Positions 1 to 5,020 of a stretch of 5,020 bases of DNA are shown here, piece by piece. The stretch's first letter is position 1. Each line of letters opens with the position of its first letter. Position numbers and translations under genes: made by a program. The notes beneath the pieces are model-generated. The model saw only the letters and a program-made list of their open reading frames with translations. It was not told the DNA's origin and made no database searches. The stretch is from a virus, in the IMG/VR virus record IMGVR_UViG_3300045988_002730, positions 1-5,020 of that record. One strand, written 5' to 3'.

Positions 1-213
1 GAACTTGGAGAGTTTCAAATTCCGTGCGGTCAGTGTATTGGTTGTCGTTTAGATCGCTCGCTGGATTCTGCCGTGCGAGCCCATCATGAGAGTTTGTTAT
101 ATGATCGTAATTTCTTTCTCACCCTCACATATAGTCCGGAGTATTTGCCTCCTTTTGGTTCTCTTATTCCTCGGGACCTCACGTTGTTTTGGAAACGAAT
201 TAGAAAGCGCGGC
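1..213. repeat. Terminal redundancy of the window. 1..213 is identical to 4808..5020, giving a circular unit genome of 4807 nt.
   Basis: Direct comparison of window bases 1-213 with 4808-5020 (gaacttggagagtttcaaattccgtgcgg...gaaacgaattagaaagcgcggc) shows identity. A single gene (VP4) runs across the join. Confidence 0.95.
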
Positions 214-837
214 TACATGGCATGTGGCGAGTACGGCAGTACTTTCGGTCGTCCCCATTATCACGCTATTCTGTTTAATTTACCTGCTATTGAACTCCAG
301 CAAATTGGCACTACGCACACTGGATTCCCTACTTATATATCTAACGTTATTAGTGAATGCTGGCCTTTTGGTTTTCATACTCTTAATCCAGTCTCTTTCC
401 AAACATGTGCTTATGTTGCCCGCTATGTAACTAAAAAGATTCTCGGAGATGGAAAACAGGTTTATGAGAAATTCGACCCGGTTACTGGAGAGGTTGATTG
501 CCGTGTTAAGGAGTTCTCCAGATGGAGTACTAAACCTGGAATCGGCCATGATTATTTTCAGAAGTATTGGAGAGATTTCTACAAAATTGATTGTTGTTTA
601 ATTAATAACAAAAGGTTCAAAATCCCTCGTTATTATGATCGATTACTTCTAAGGGATCACCCTGATGTTTTTGAAATTGTTAAGCAAAAACGGATACTTA
701 GCGCACAATCTTACCGTTTGACACCTGATGCGCAAAAGGATAGACTGTTGGTCAGAGAGGAAGTAAAACGCTTAAGAGCCGAGCGCTTACTTCGACCTTA
801 TGAGGCTCAAATTACGGAGTATTTAGAAAATGTCTAA
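1..837 (+). CDS. VP4: Replication initiation protein VP4 (rolling-circle HUH endonuclease, phiX174 gpA-like), 5'-truncated by the window edge. The true start is the ATG at 4742 on the circular molecule, and the full protein is 300 aa.
   Basis: Frame 1 is open from base 1 and reads ELGEFQIPCGQCIGCRLDRSLDSAVRAHHE..., the conserved Microviridae Rep N-terminal Cys-rich motif. RCR motif 1 FLTLTY is at 115-132, motif 2 HYH(AILF) at 256-264, and motif 3 YVARYVTKK with two catalytic Tyr at 412-438. Stop TAA is at 835-837. The listed ORF 73..837 (MRAHHE...) is an internal Met artefact of the window boundary. Confidence 0.95.
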   Translation, partial: ELGEFQIPCGQCIGCRLDRSLDSAVRAHHESLLYDRNFFLTLTYSPEYLPPFGSLIPRDLTLFWKRIRKRGYMACGEYGSTFGRPHYHAILFNLPAIELQQIGTTHTGFPTYISNVISECWPFGFHTLNPVSFQTCAYVARYVTKKILGDGKQVYEKFDPVTGEVDCRVKEFSRWSTKPGIGHDYFQKYWRDFYKIDCCLINNKRFKIPRYYDRLLLRDHPDVFEIVKQKRILSAQSYRLTPDAQKDRLLVREEVKRLRAERLLRPYEAQITEYLENV

Positions 838-1096
838 TAAAGTTTTAGTTTCTGTTTATGACAAAGTTGCCGGTCTTTATTCCCCTGTTATGACCGAAGT
901 AAATACGGATTCTGCGATTCGTAATTTCAAGCTTGGTGCGAAGCAAAATGCTCAAATTTCCGCTTGCCCTCAGGATTATGAGTTGCATTTGATTTGTTCT
1001 ATGGATGATGAAACTGGATTAGTTTTCCGTAGTACTGAGGAACAATCAGCTCCGATTTGTCTTTTTAAGGCGGTAGATCTTTTCTCAGCTGAATAG
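830..1096 (+). CDS. VP5: VP5-like small protein (88 aa). By its position after VP4 and before VP3 it corresponds to gokushovirus VP5, a putative protein-C-like ssDNA-synthesis/packaging accessory.
   Basis: ATG 830 overlaps the VP4 stop (ATGTCTAA), suggesting translational coupling. GGAG at 816-819 lies 10 nt upstream. Synteny VP4-VP5-VP3-VP1-VP2 is typical of Gokushovirinae. The function is inferred only by position and size. Confidence 0.6.
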   Translation: MSNKVLVSVYDKVAGLYSPVMTEVNTDSAIRNFKLGAKQNAQISACPQDYELHLICSMDDETGLVFRSTEEQSAPICLFKAVDLFSAE

Positions 1097-1138
1097 TTTC
1101 TGTACAATTTAAAAGTTTTCTCCTTGAGAGAGGTCATT

Positions 1139-1185
1139 CCCGCAAAGCTTGTTTCCACTGTTTATTTGCTTTGCGGGATTTTTTT
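1139..1185 (+). terminator. Hairpin (9-bp stem cccgcaaag/ctttgcggg, 21-nt loop) followed by a T7 run, lying between VP5 and VP3. Terminator- or attenuator-like element.
   Basis: 1139-1147 is complementary to 1169-1177. T-run at 1179-1185. The loop is large for a classic intrinsic terminator. Confidence 0.4.
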
Positions 1186-1201
1186 AACTGAGGTGTGAAC
1201 A

Positions 1202-1702
1202 ATGCCTAAATTCTTTACTAAATACAATCCCCCGAAAATTCCCGGATTTTCTTCTGAGATGGAATCCCAGGTTCAAGAACAGTTTGCGGATGCTTGCCAG
1301 ACGGATACCATCATTCGTAAGTACAACATGATGGGCGTCAATCCGTTTATTGCCGCTGGCGGCAGCCAGTATCTGGATACGACTCAGATACCAGATTTCG
1401 TATGTGCACAAAATGCACAAATTAAAGTTAAAGAGTATTTTGAGGGTTTACCCTCAGATGTTAGACTCGAATTCAATAATGACCCGATGCAGTTTGCTGA
1501 GGTCGTTTCTGACCCGCGGAATGCGGACTACCTCCGAGATATTGGAGTCCTTGCACCCCTCCCTGCTGAGCAGGAGGGTGAAAAGCAATCCGCTCCCAGC
1601 GGGGATATCTCCGAAAAGGCCCCCCAGCCAAGTCATGGTAGTGATCTTTTTGCTGGAAAAGAGCCTGAAAAGGCTGTTTCTCCTGAAAAATCAAATGCTT
1701 AA
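1202..1702 (+). CDS. VP3: Internal scaffolding protein VP3 (166 aa)
   Basis: N-terminus MPKFFTKYNPPKIPGF matches the conserved gokushovirus VP3 start (MK.F.SKFNPP..GF-like). SD GAGGTG at 1190-1195 lies 6 nt before the ATG. Acidic low-complexity C-terminal tail. Position is immediately upstream of VP1. Confidence 0.85.
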   Translation: MPKFFTKYNPPKIPGFSSEMESQVQEQFADACQTDTIIRKYNMMGVNPFIAAGGSQYLDTTQIPDFVCAQNAQIKVKEYFEGLPSDVRLEFNNDPMQFAEVVSDPRNADYLRDIGVLAPLPAEQEGEKQSAPSGDISEKAPQPSHGSDLFAGKEPEKAVSPEKSNA

Positions 1703-1709
1703 CTCTAAC

Positions 1710-1768
1710 GTGGCACAGGTACCTACTTGTTGTAACTGTGCCACGTGACACCACACGATTTTTCGTGT
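1710..1768 (+). promoter_or_regulatory. Two adjacent hairpins in the VP3-VP1 intergenic region. The first has a 9-bp stem gtggcacag/ctgtgccac (1710-1718 / 1736-1744) and a 17-nt loop. The second has a 6-bp stem acacga/tcgtgt (1753-1758 / 1763-1768) and a TTTT loop. A CACGTG palindrome sits at 1742-1747 between them.
   Basis: Inverted repeats read directly from the sequence, followed by a T-rich tract (1774-1799) leading into the VP1 RBS AAGGA at 1800-1804. Possible partial terminator or mRNA-stability element. A weak sigma70-like pair TTGGTG (1768-1773), 16 nt, TATCAT (1790-1795) exists but would leave almost no leader. Confidence 0.4.
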
Positions 1769-1813
1769 TGGTGAAATTTTCTACTTTTTTATCATTTTTA
1801 AGGACTTAAAAAA

Positions 1814-3580
1814 ATGTCAAAAAATAGTGCTCGCAGACGTCAAAGATCGAATCATTTTTCTCAGATTCCTAACTCACCTATTCAACGCTCTGTTTTCGAT
1901 CGTTCTCATGACTATAAAACTACATTGGATTCCGGTTATTTGATTCCTTTCTTTGTAGATGAAGTTCTTCCCGGAGACACATTTAAGCTCCGCGTAAATG
2001 CGTTTGTTCGAATGAATACGCTTATTGCGCCATTCATGGACAATGTATTTATGGATACTTTCTTTTTCTTTGTTCCGACCCGTCTCGTTTGGGACAATTG
2101 GCAGAGATTTTGCGGTGAACAGAAAAATCCCGGAGATTCTACGGATTTCTTGATTCCTTCCCTTTCCGGAACGAATACTTTTGCTAATGGCACCATTTTT
2201 GATTACATGGGTTTGCCTACTGGTGTTTCATTAGACCCCGCAAATACTCCTATCAATGCTCTTCCTTTTAGAGCATATAACCTTATTTATAACGAATGGT
2301 TCCGCGATGAGAATCTCATTGATTCGATTCCAGTTTTAACTACCGATGGCCCTGACCCGATTTCTAATTACACGCTTCGTAAGCGTGCTAAACGGCATGA
2401 TTACTTTACTAGTGCTTTGCCTTGGCCCCAGAAAGGCCCCAGTGTAGATGTTGGTTTAACTGGTAATGCTCCTATTGTGGGATTTGGCAAAGATGGTTAT
2501 AAGTTTAGTTTCACTACTGACCCTACAGGCGTACAACCCCCTTCTTCTTTTTGGCAATTAGGTACGACCGAAGGCAATAATGCGAGTAAATTACAGGCCT
2601 CTTTTGGTGGTCGAGTTAGCGTCGGTAATCAAGCCCGAGCTTGGCAAAATTACAATTCATCTGTTTCTTCTTGGAATGATGTTATCCAGCAGCAAGATGA
2701 ATCTTCTTCTATTCGGTTAACCGCTTTGAGAGGCTCTGGTTCTTCCTCTTCCTATCAATTTAGTGGTGGTTATTTAATTCCTTCCGATTCTTCACAAACT
2801 CCGTACGCTGATTTATCTGGCGTTTCGGCTATAACAATTAATGATTTGCGTCAAGCATTTCAAATTCAAAAATTCTATGAAAAATGGGCTCGTGGAGGTT
2901 CTCGTTACACAGAAACCCTGCGAGTAATGTTTAATGTCATATCTCCTGATGCTCGGCTTCAACGTCCTGAGTACCTTGGTGGTACTCATTCTCGTGTCAA
3001 CGTCGTTCCGACAGCTCAGACTAGTAGCACCGATTCTGTGTCTCCTCAGTCTAATTTGTCAGCTTTCGGCGTTCTTGGTGATTCTGCCCATGGATTCAAT
3101 AAGTCGTTCGTTGAGCACGGTTACGTTATCGGTCTTGTCTGTCTCCGCGCTGATATTACTTATCAGCAGGGATTAAACCGTATGTGGTCTCGTCGCCAGT
3201 TGTTTGATTTCTACTGGCCTACTTTGGCTCACTTGGGTGAACAGGTTGTTTACAACAAGGAGATTTATGCACAGGGTACTGCCGAGGACAATGGAGTTTT
3301 CGGTTATCAGGAACGCTATGCTGAGTATCGTTACAAACCATCTATGATTACTGGCAAGTTACGTTCTACTGATGCTCAGACGCTTGATGTTTGGCATTTA
3401 GCGCAAAAGTTCGACACCTTGCCTAAACTTAATCAAGACTTTATCGAGGAAAATCCCCCGATTAATCGCGTGATTGCTGTTCAGAATGAACCGCAGTTCT
3501 TTGCTGACTTCTGGTTCGATTTGAAGACTTCTAGGCCTATGCCTGTGTACTCTGTACCTGGACTAGTCGATCACTTCTAA
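1814..3580 (+). CDS. VP1: Major capsid protein VP1 (588 aa, phiX174 F-like jelly-roll capsid protein of Gokushovirinae)
   Basis: N-terminus MSKNSARRRQRSNHFSQIPNSPIQRSVFDRSHDYKTTLDSGYLIPFFVDEVLPGDTF closely resembles Chlamydia and Bdellovibrio gokushovirus VP1. Conserved downstream block INDLRQAFQIQKFYEKWARGGSRYTETLRVMFNV. It is the longest ORF. AAGGA at 1800-1804 lies 9 nt upstream of the ATG. Confidence 0.97.
   Translation: MSKNSARRRQRSNHFSQIPNSPIQRSVFDRSHDYKTTLDSGYLIPFFVDEVLPGDTFKLRVNAFVRMNTLIAPFMDNVFMDTFFFFVPTRLVWDNWQRFCGEQKNPGDSTDFLIPSLSGTNTFANGTIFDYMGLPTGVSLDPANTPINALPFRAYNLIYNEWFRDENLIDSIPVLTTDGPDPISNYTLRKRAKRHDYFTSALPWPQKGPSVDVGLTGNAPIVGFGKDGYKFSFTTDPTGVQPPSSFWQLGTTEGNNASKLQASFGGRVSVGNQARAWQNYNSSVSSWNDVIQQQDESSSIRLTALRGSGSSSSYQFSGGYLIPSDSSQTPYADLSGVSAITINDLRQAFQIQKFYEKWARGGSRYTETLRVMFNVISPDARLQRPEYLGGTHSRVNVVPTAQTSSTDSVSPQSNLSAFGVLGDSAHGFNKSFVEHGYVIGLVCLRADITYQQGLNRMWSRRQLFDFYWPTLAHLGEQVVYNKEIYAQGTAEDNGVFGYQERYAEYRYKPSMITGKLRSTDAQTLDVWHLAQKFDTLPKLNQDFIEENPPINRVIAVQNEPQFFADFWFDLKTSRPMPVYSVPGLVDHF
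2476..2830 (+). other. Variable low-complexity insertion within VP1 (GFGKDGYKFSFTTDPTGVQPPSSFWQLGTTEGNNASKLQASFGGRVSVGNQARAWQNYNSSVSSWNDVIQQQDESSSIRLTALRGSGSSSSYQFSGGYLIPSDSSQTPYADLSGV). It corresponds to the gokushovirus threefold 'mushroom' protrusion loop.
   Basis: Ser/Gly/Gln/Asn-rich segment flanked by conserved VP1 blocks. In gokushoviruses a large insertion loop in VP1 forms the threefold protrusions that replace the phiX spike proteins. Boundaries are approximate. Confidence 0.55.
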
Positions 3581-3582
3581 TC

Positions 3583-3676
3583 TCGAAAGAGACGGGTTAT
3601 TCTGTTTTTACCGAGCCGACGCCCGCAAGAGGCAAGCGGGGCGATGGTAAACACGGAAATAACCCGTCGATCTAAA
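3583..3676 (+). promoter_or_regulatory. Long imperfect GC-rich nested hairpin in the VP1-VP2 intergenic region. The outer stem is gacgggttatt (3591-3601) paired with aataacccgtc (3658-3668), 11 bp perfect with imperfect extensions. The inner hairpin is cgcccgc/gcggggcg (3620-3626 / 3636-3643) with loop aagaggcaa.
   Basis: Inverted repeats read directly from the sequence. The region is markedly GC-rich relative to the genome. No T-run follows it, so it is not a classic intrinsic terminator. Its position after the capsid gene is analogous to the F-G intergenic hairpins of phiX174/G4 (primosome assembly / complementary-strand origin, mRNA stabiliser). Confidence 0.55.
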
Positions 3677-3696
3677 AATGTGGAAAGGACTACATT

Positions 3697-4440
3697 ATGT
3701 CGTTAGGTAATTTTCTTGGTTCTGTTGGAGGAGCTATCGGCGGTCTGTTTGGAGATGCTATAGGAGGCACCATAACAGGTGCTACGCTCGGTTCTGGTCT
3801 TGGTTCTATAGGTAGTACTTTAGGTACTGGAATGGGCCTTGTAGGCTCTGCCAAAGGCCTCTACGACAGTTTTAACAATACGTCTCTTAAAAACCAAATG
3901 GCGTATGACCAATTTAAATCCGAATTGGATTATCAATATTGGTCACGCAAAATGAGTAATCGCCATACCCTCGAGGTAGGTGATTTGCGTCAGGCTGGTT
4001 TAAATCCGATTCTTTCGGCTAATTCTGCCGGCAGTGTCGCCAGCGCGATTCCCAACGGTGCAATTCCCGAAACCTCTTCTCAACAATCTGCCGCTGGAGC
4101 AGCTAGAGAGGCGAACAGGATTAACGCTATGATTGGTGAAACCACATCGGCTAAAAATTTAGCGGAAGCTCAGGCTTCGATAATGAATGCAGAAACTGGA
4201 CGCATGGTAGGGATTGCATCAGCCCGTCGTTCTAATGCTGAGGCCGGACTTGCAAATACTCGTTCTTCTAATGAGCTTGCCTATCCGAATAATCAGCCTT
4301 CTTTATTTAAATACATCAATTCAGGTAAACAACTGGTTGAAGATTTGTTCGATCGTAACTATGGATTGCCCTCTAACGCTTCTCCTGCTCGCAGACAGCG
4401 CTATGAGGTATTCATCAATGGTGTAGGTCGTCGTCAGTAA
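3697..4440 (+). CDS. VP2: Minor capsid / DNA pilot protein VP2 (247 aa, phiX174 H-like)
   Basis: Gly-rich N-terminus with GxxxG repeats (MSLGNFLGSVGGAIGGLFGDAIGGTITGATLGSGLGSIGSTLGTGMGLVGSAKG) followed by an Ala/Gln/Asn-rich predicted helical region, as in gokushovirus VP2 and phiX H. AAGGA at 3685-3689 lies 7 nt before the ATG. Position is right after VP1. Confidence 0.85.
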   Translation: MSLGNFLGSVGGAIGGLFGDAIGGTITGATLGSGLGSIGSTLGTGMGLVGSAKGLYDSFNNTSLKNQMAYDQFKSELDYQYWSRKMSNRHTLEVGDLRQAGLNPILSANSAGSVASAIPNGAIPETSSQQSAAGAAREANRINAMIGETTSAKNLAEAQASIMNAETGRMVGIASARRSNAEAGLANTRSSNELAYPNNQPSLFKYINSGKQLVEDLFDRNYGLPSNASPARRQRYEVFINGVGRRQ

Positions 4441-4445
4441 AACAT

Positions 4446-4465
4446 CGCTCATAGAGCGTTTTTGG
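4446..4465 (+). terminator. Small hairpin cgctc-ata-gagcg (4446-4450 / 4454-4458) followed by TTTTT, just after the VP2 stop. Weak intrinsic terminator candidate.
   Basis: 5-bp GC-rich stem with a 3-nt loop, then T-run at 4459-4463. The stem is short. Confidence 0.35.
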
Positions 4466-4482
4466 AGCTTTTAGGAGGATTT

Positions 4483-4584
4483 ATGAAAATCACGACAGAT
4501 TGGCTGGATAAATTTTTTGACCTTTTTAACGAATTGGTTAAAATGCTCTTGTATCTTTATCATTTTTTTAGAGGAAAACTATGA
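4483..4584 (+). CDS. Small ORF of 33 aa (MKITTDWLDKFFDLFNELVKMLLYLYHFFRGKL), hypothetical. The stop overlaps the start of the J-like gene (ATGA).
   Basis: Strong SD AGGAGGA at 4473-4479 lies 3-4 nt before ATG 4483. The ORF is ATGA-coupled to the downstream gene. It is below the ORF-track size cutoff. It has an amphipathic/hydrophobic C-terminal half. There is no homology I can assert. A sigma70-like promoter candidate lies inside it (see the feature at 4517..4544), which tempers confidence. Confidence 0.35.
   Translation: MKITTDWLDKFFDLFNELVKMLLYLYHFFRGKL
4517..4544 (+). promoter_or_regulatory. Sigma70-like promoter candidate. -35 TTGACC (4517-4522), 16-nt spacer, -10 TAAAAT (4539-4544). It would drive the J-like gene and read through into VP4.
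   Basis: 5/6 and 5/6 matches to the TTGACA/TATAAT consensus with acceptable spacing. The predicted TSS near 4551 leaves a ~30-nt leader containing SD GAGGAAAA (4571-4578) before ATG 4581. Not experimentally supported. Confidence 0.3.
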
Positions 4585-4694
4585 GACGCCGTCGTTTATC
4601 CCGCAGAACTTCCCGCCGTTTTTTCCGTAAAGGTCTCAAAGTCCGCCGTCGTAACCTCCGTGCGAGACCTATGAGAGGCGGATTCAGAATTTGA
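4581..4694 (+). CDS. VP8: Arginine-rich small DNA-binding protein (37 aa, MRRRRLSRRTSRRFFRKGLKVRRRNLRARPMRGGFRI), phiX174 J-like / gokushovirus VP8-like DNA-packaging protein
   Basis: The protein is extremely basic, with 14 Arg and 2 Lys in 37 aa. SD GAGGAAAA is immediately upstream. It sits between VP2 and VP4, where gokushoviruses encode their J-like ORF8. It is missing from the ORF track only because of its size. Confidence 0.75.
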   Translation: MRRRRLSRRTSRRFFRKGLKVRRRNLRARPMRGGFRI

Positions 4695-4695
4695 G

Positions 4696-4709
4696 GTTCC
4701 ACGTGGAAC
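4696..4709 (+). other. Perfect 14-nt palindrome gttccacgtggaac with a CACGTG core, directly after the J-like stop codon.
   Basis: The sequence is self-complementary. It shares the CCACGTG core with the palindrome at 1741-1747 in the VP3-VP1 spacer. Possible protein-binding site or small hairpin. Confidence 0.4.
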
Positions 4710-4713
4710 GGAA

Positions 4714-4741
4714 GGCGTCAATAAATTGGCGCCTTTTTTTT
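4714..4741 (+). terminator. Rho-independent terminator. 8-bp stem ggcgtcaa/ttggcgcc (one G-U pair) with a 4-nt loop, then T8. It lies downstream of the J-like gene and directly abuts the VP4 start codon.
   Basis: 4714-4721 pairs with 4726-4733. T-run at 4734-4741. AA upstream at 4712-4713. The ATG of VP4 begins at 4742. Confidence 0.65.
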
Positions 4742-5020
4742 ATGACTTGTTATCACCCGATTACTGCATATTGGAGCAGGACGTTAAAAACTAAACTTGG
4801 TACTCCTGAACTTGGAGAGTTTCAAATTCCGTGCGGTCAGTGTATTGGTTGTCGTTTAGATCGCTCGCTGGATTCTGCCGTGCGAGCCCATCATGAGAGT
4901 TTGTTATATGATCGTAATTTCTTTCTCACCCTCACATATAGTCCGGAGTATTTGCCTCCTTTTGGTTCTCTTATTCCTCGGGACCTCACGTTGTTTTGGA
5001 AACGAATTAGAAAGCGCGGC
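4742..5020 (+). CDS. VP4: Replication initiation protein VP4, N-terminal part (MTCYHPITAYWSRTLKTKLGTPELGEFQIPCGQCIGCRLDRS...). This is the same gene as feature 1..837. It continues past the window end because the window wraps the circle.
   Basis: ATG 4742 is the first in-frame start after an in-frame TAA at 4652-4654. The N-terminus M.CY.P..AY matches the gokushovirus VP4 consensus start. Bases 4808-5020 duplicate 1-213. Confidence 0.85.
   Translation, partial: MTCYHPITAYWSRTLKTKLGTPELGEFQIPCGQCIGCRLDRSLDSAVRAHHESLLYDRNFFLTLTYSPEYLPPFGSLIPRDLTLFWKRIRKRG

Noticed and set aside
280-549. Minus-strand ORFs (280..549, 976..1158, 1184..1420, 1454..1636, 1473..1754, 1936..2196)
   Set aside because: All established Microviridae genes are on the packaged-strand sense. 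These ORFs lie antisense to well-supported genes, lack SD sequences, and have low-complexity or atypical composition. They are most likely spurious.
73-837. ORF-track start of VP4 at Met 73 (MRAHHE...)
   Set aside because: The frame is open from base 1 and contains the conserved Rep N-terminal motif (PCGQCIGCRLDRS) upstream of this Met. The real start is the ATG at 4742 across the circular junction. Position 73 is an artefact of the window edge.
1097-1115. TACAAT -10-like hexamer at 1103-1108 upstream of VP3
   Set aside because: No acceptable -35 element (best TTTTCT/TTTCTC) lies at 16-18 nt spacing, and the extended -10 TG is mis-spaced. The evidence is too weak to call a promoter.
1350-1748. 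132-aa +1-frame ORF overlapping VP3 and extending through the intergenic hairpin
   Set aside because: It is a TTG-initiated, Arg/Leu-rich product of a frame shifted relative to a T-rich gene. It runs through a structured non-coding region and has no RBS. It is judged a compositional artefact.
1768-1795. Possible sigma70 promoter TTGGTG-16-TATCAT immediately upstream of VP1
   Set aside because: The -35 match is only 3/6. The predicted transcription start (~1802) would fall inside the VP1 SD (AAGGA 1800-1804), leaving no functional leader. VP1 is more likely expressed from an upstream promoter via read-through.
3678-3710. Upstream ATG at 3678 before the VP2 start
   Set aside because: It is out of frame with VP2 and terminates after 10 codons (atg tgg aaa gga cta cat tat gtc gtt agg taa). 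It overlaps the VP2 SD and is not a credible gene.

Overview
The window holds slightly more than one unit length of a circular ssDNA phage genome of the Microviridae, Gokushovirinae type. Bases 1..213 are identical to 4808..5020, so the unit genome is 4807 nt and the window wraps through the replication-initiator gene. All genes lie on the + strand, as expected for Microviridae. In circular order they are: VP4 replication initiator (4742..4807 joined to 1..837, 300 aa, HUH/rolling-circle motifs FLTLTY, HYHAILF, YVARYVTKK); a VP5-like 88-aa protein (830..1096); VP3 internal scaffolding protein (1202..1702); VP1 major capsid protein (1814..3580) with a long Ser/Gly/Gln-rich variable insertion; VP2 Gly-rich minor capsid / DNA-pilot protein (3697..4440); and two very small genes absent from the ORF track, a 33-aa ORF (4483..4584) and a 37-aa arginine-rich J/VP8-like DNA-binding protein (4581..4694). 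Intergenic regions carry several hairpins: a GC-rich nested hairpin between VP1 and VP2, hairpin plus T-run terminator-like elements after VP5, VP2 and the J-like gene, and two CCACGTG-containing palindromes. Strong Shine-Dalgarno sites precede most genes, which points to an SD-using bacterial host. There is no recognisable lysis gene and no minus-strand genes. Family assignments rest on my recognition of conserved motifs, not on a database search.
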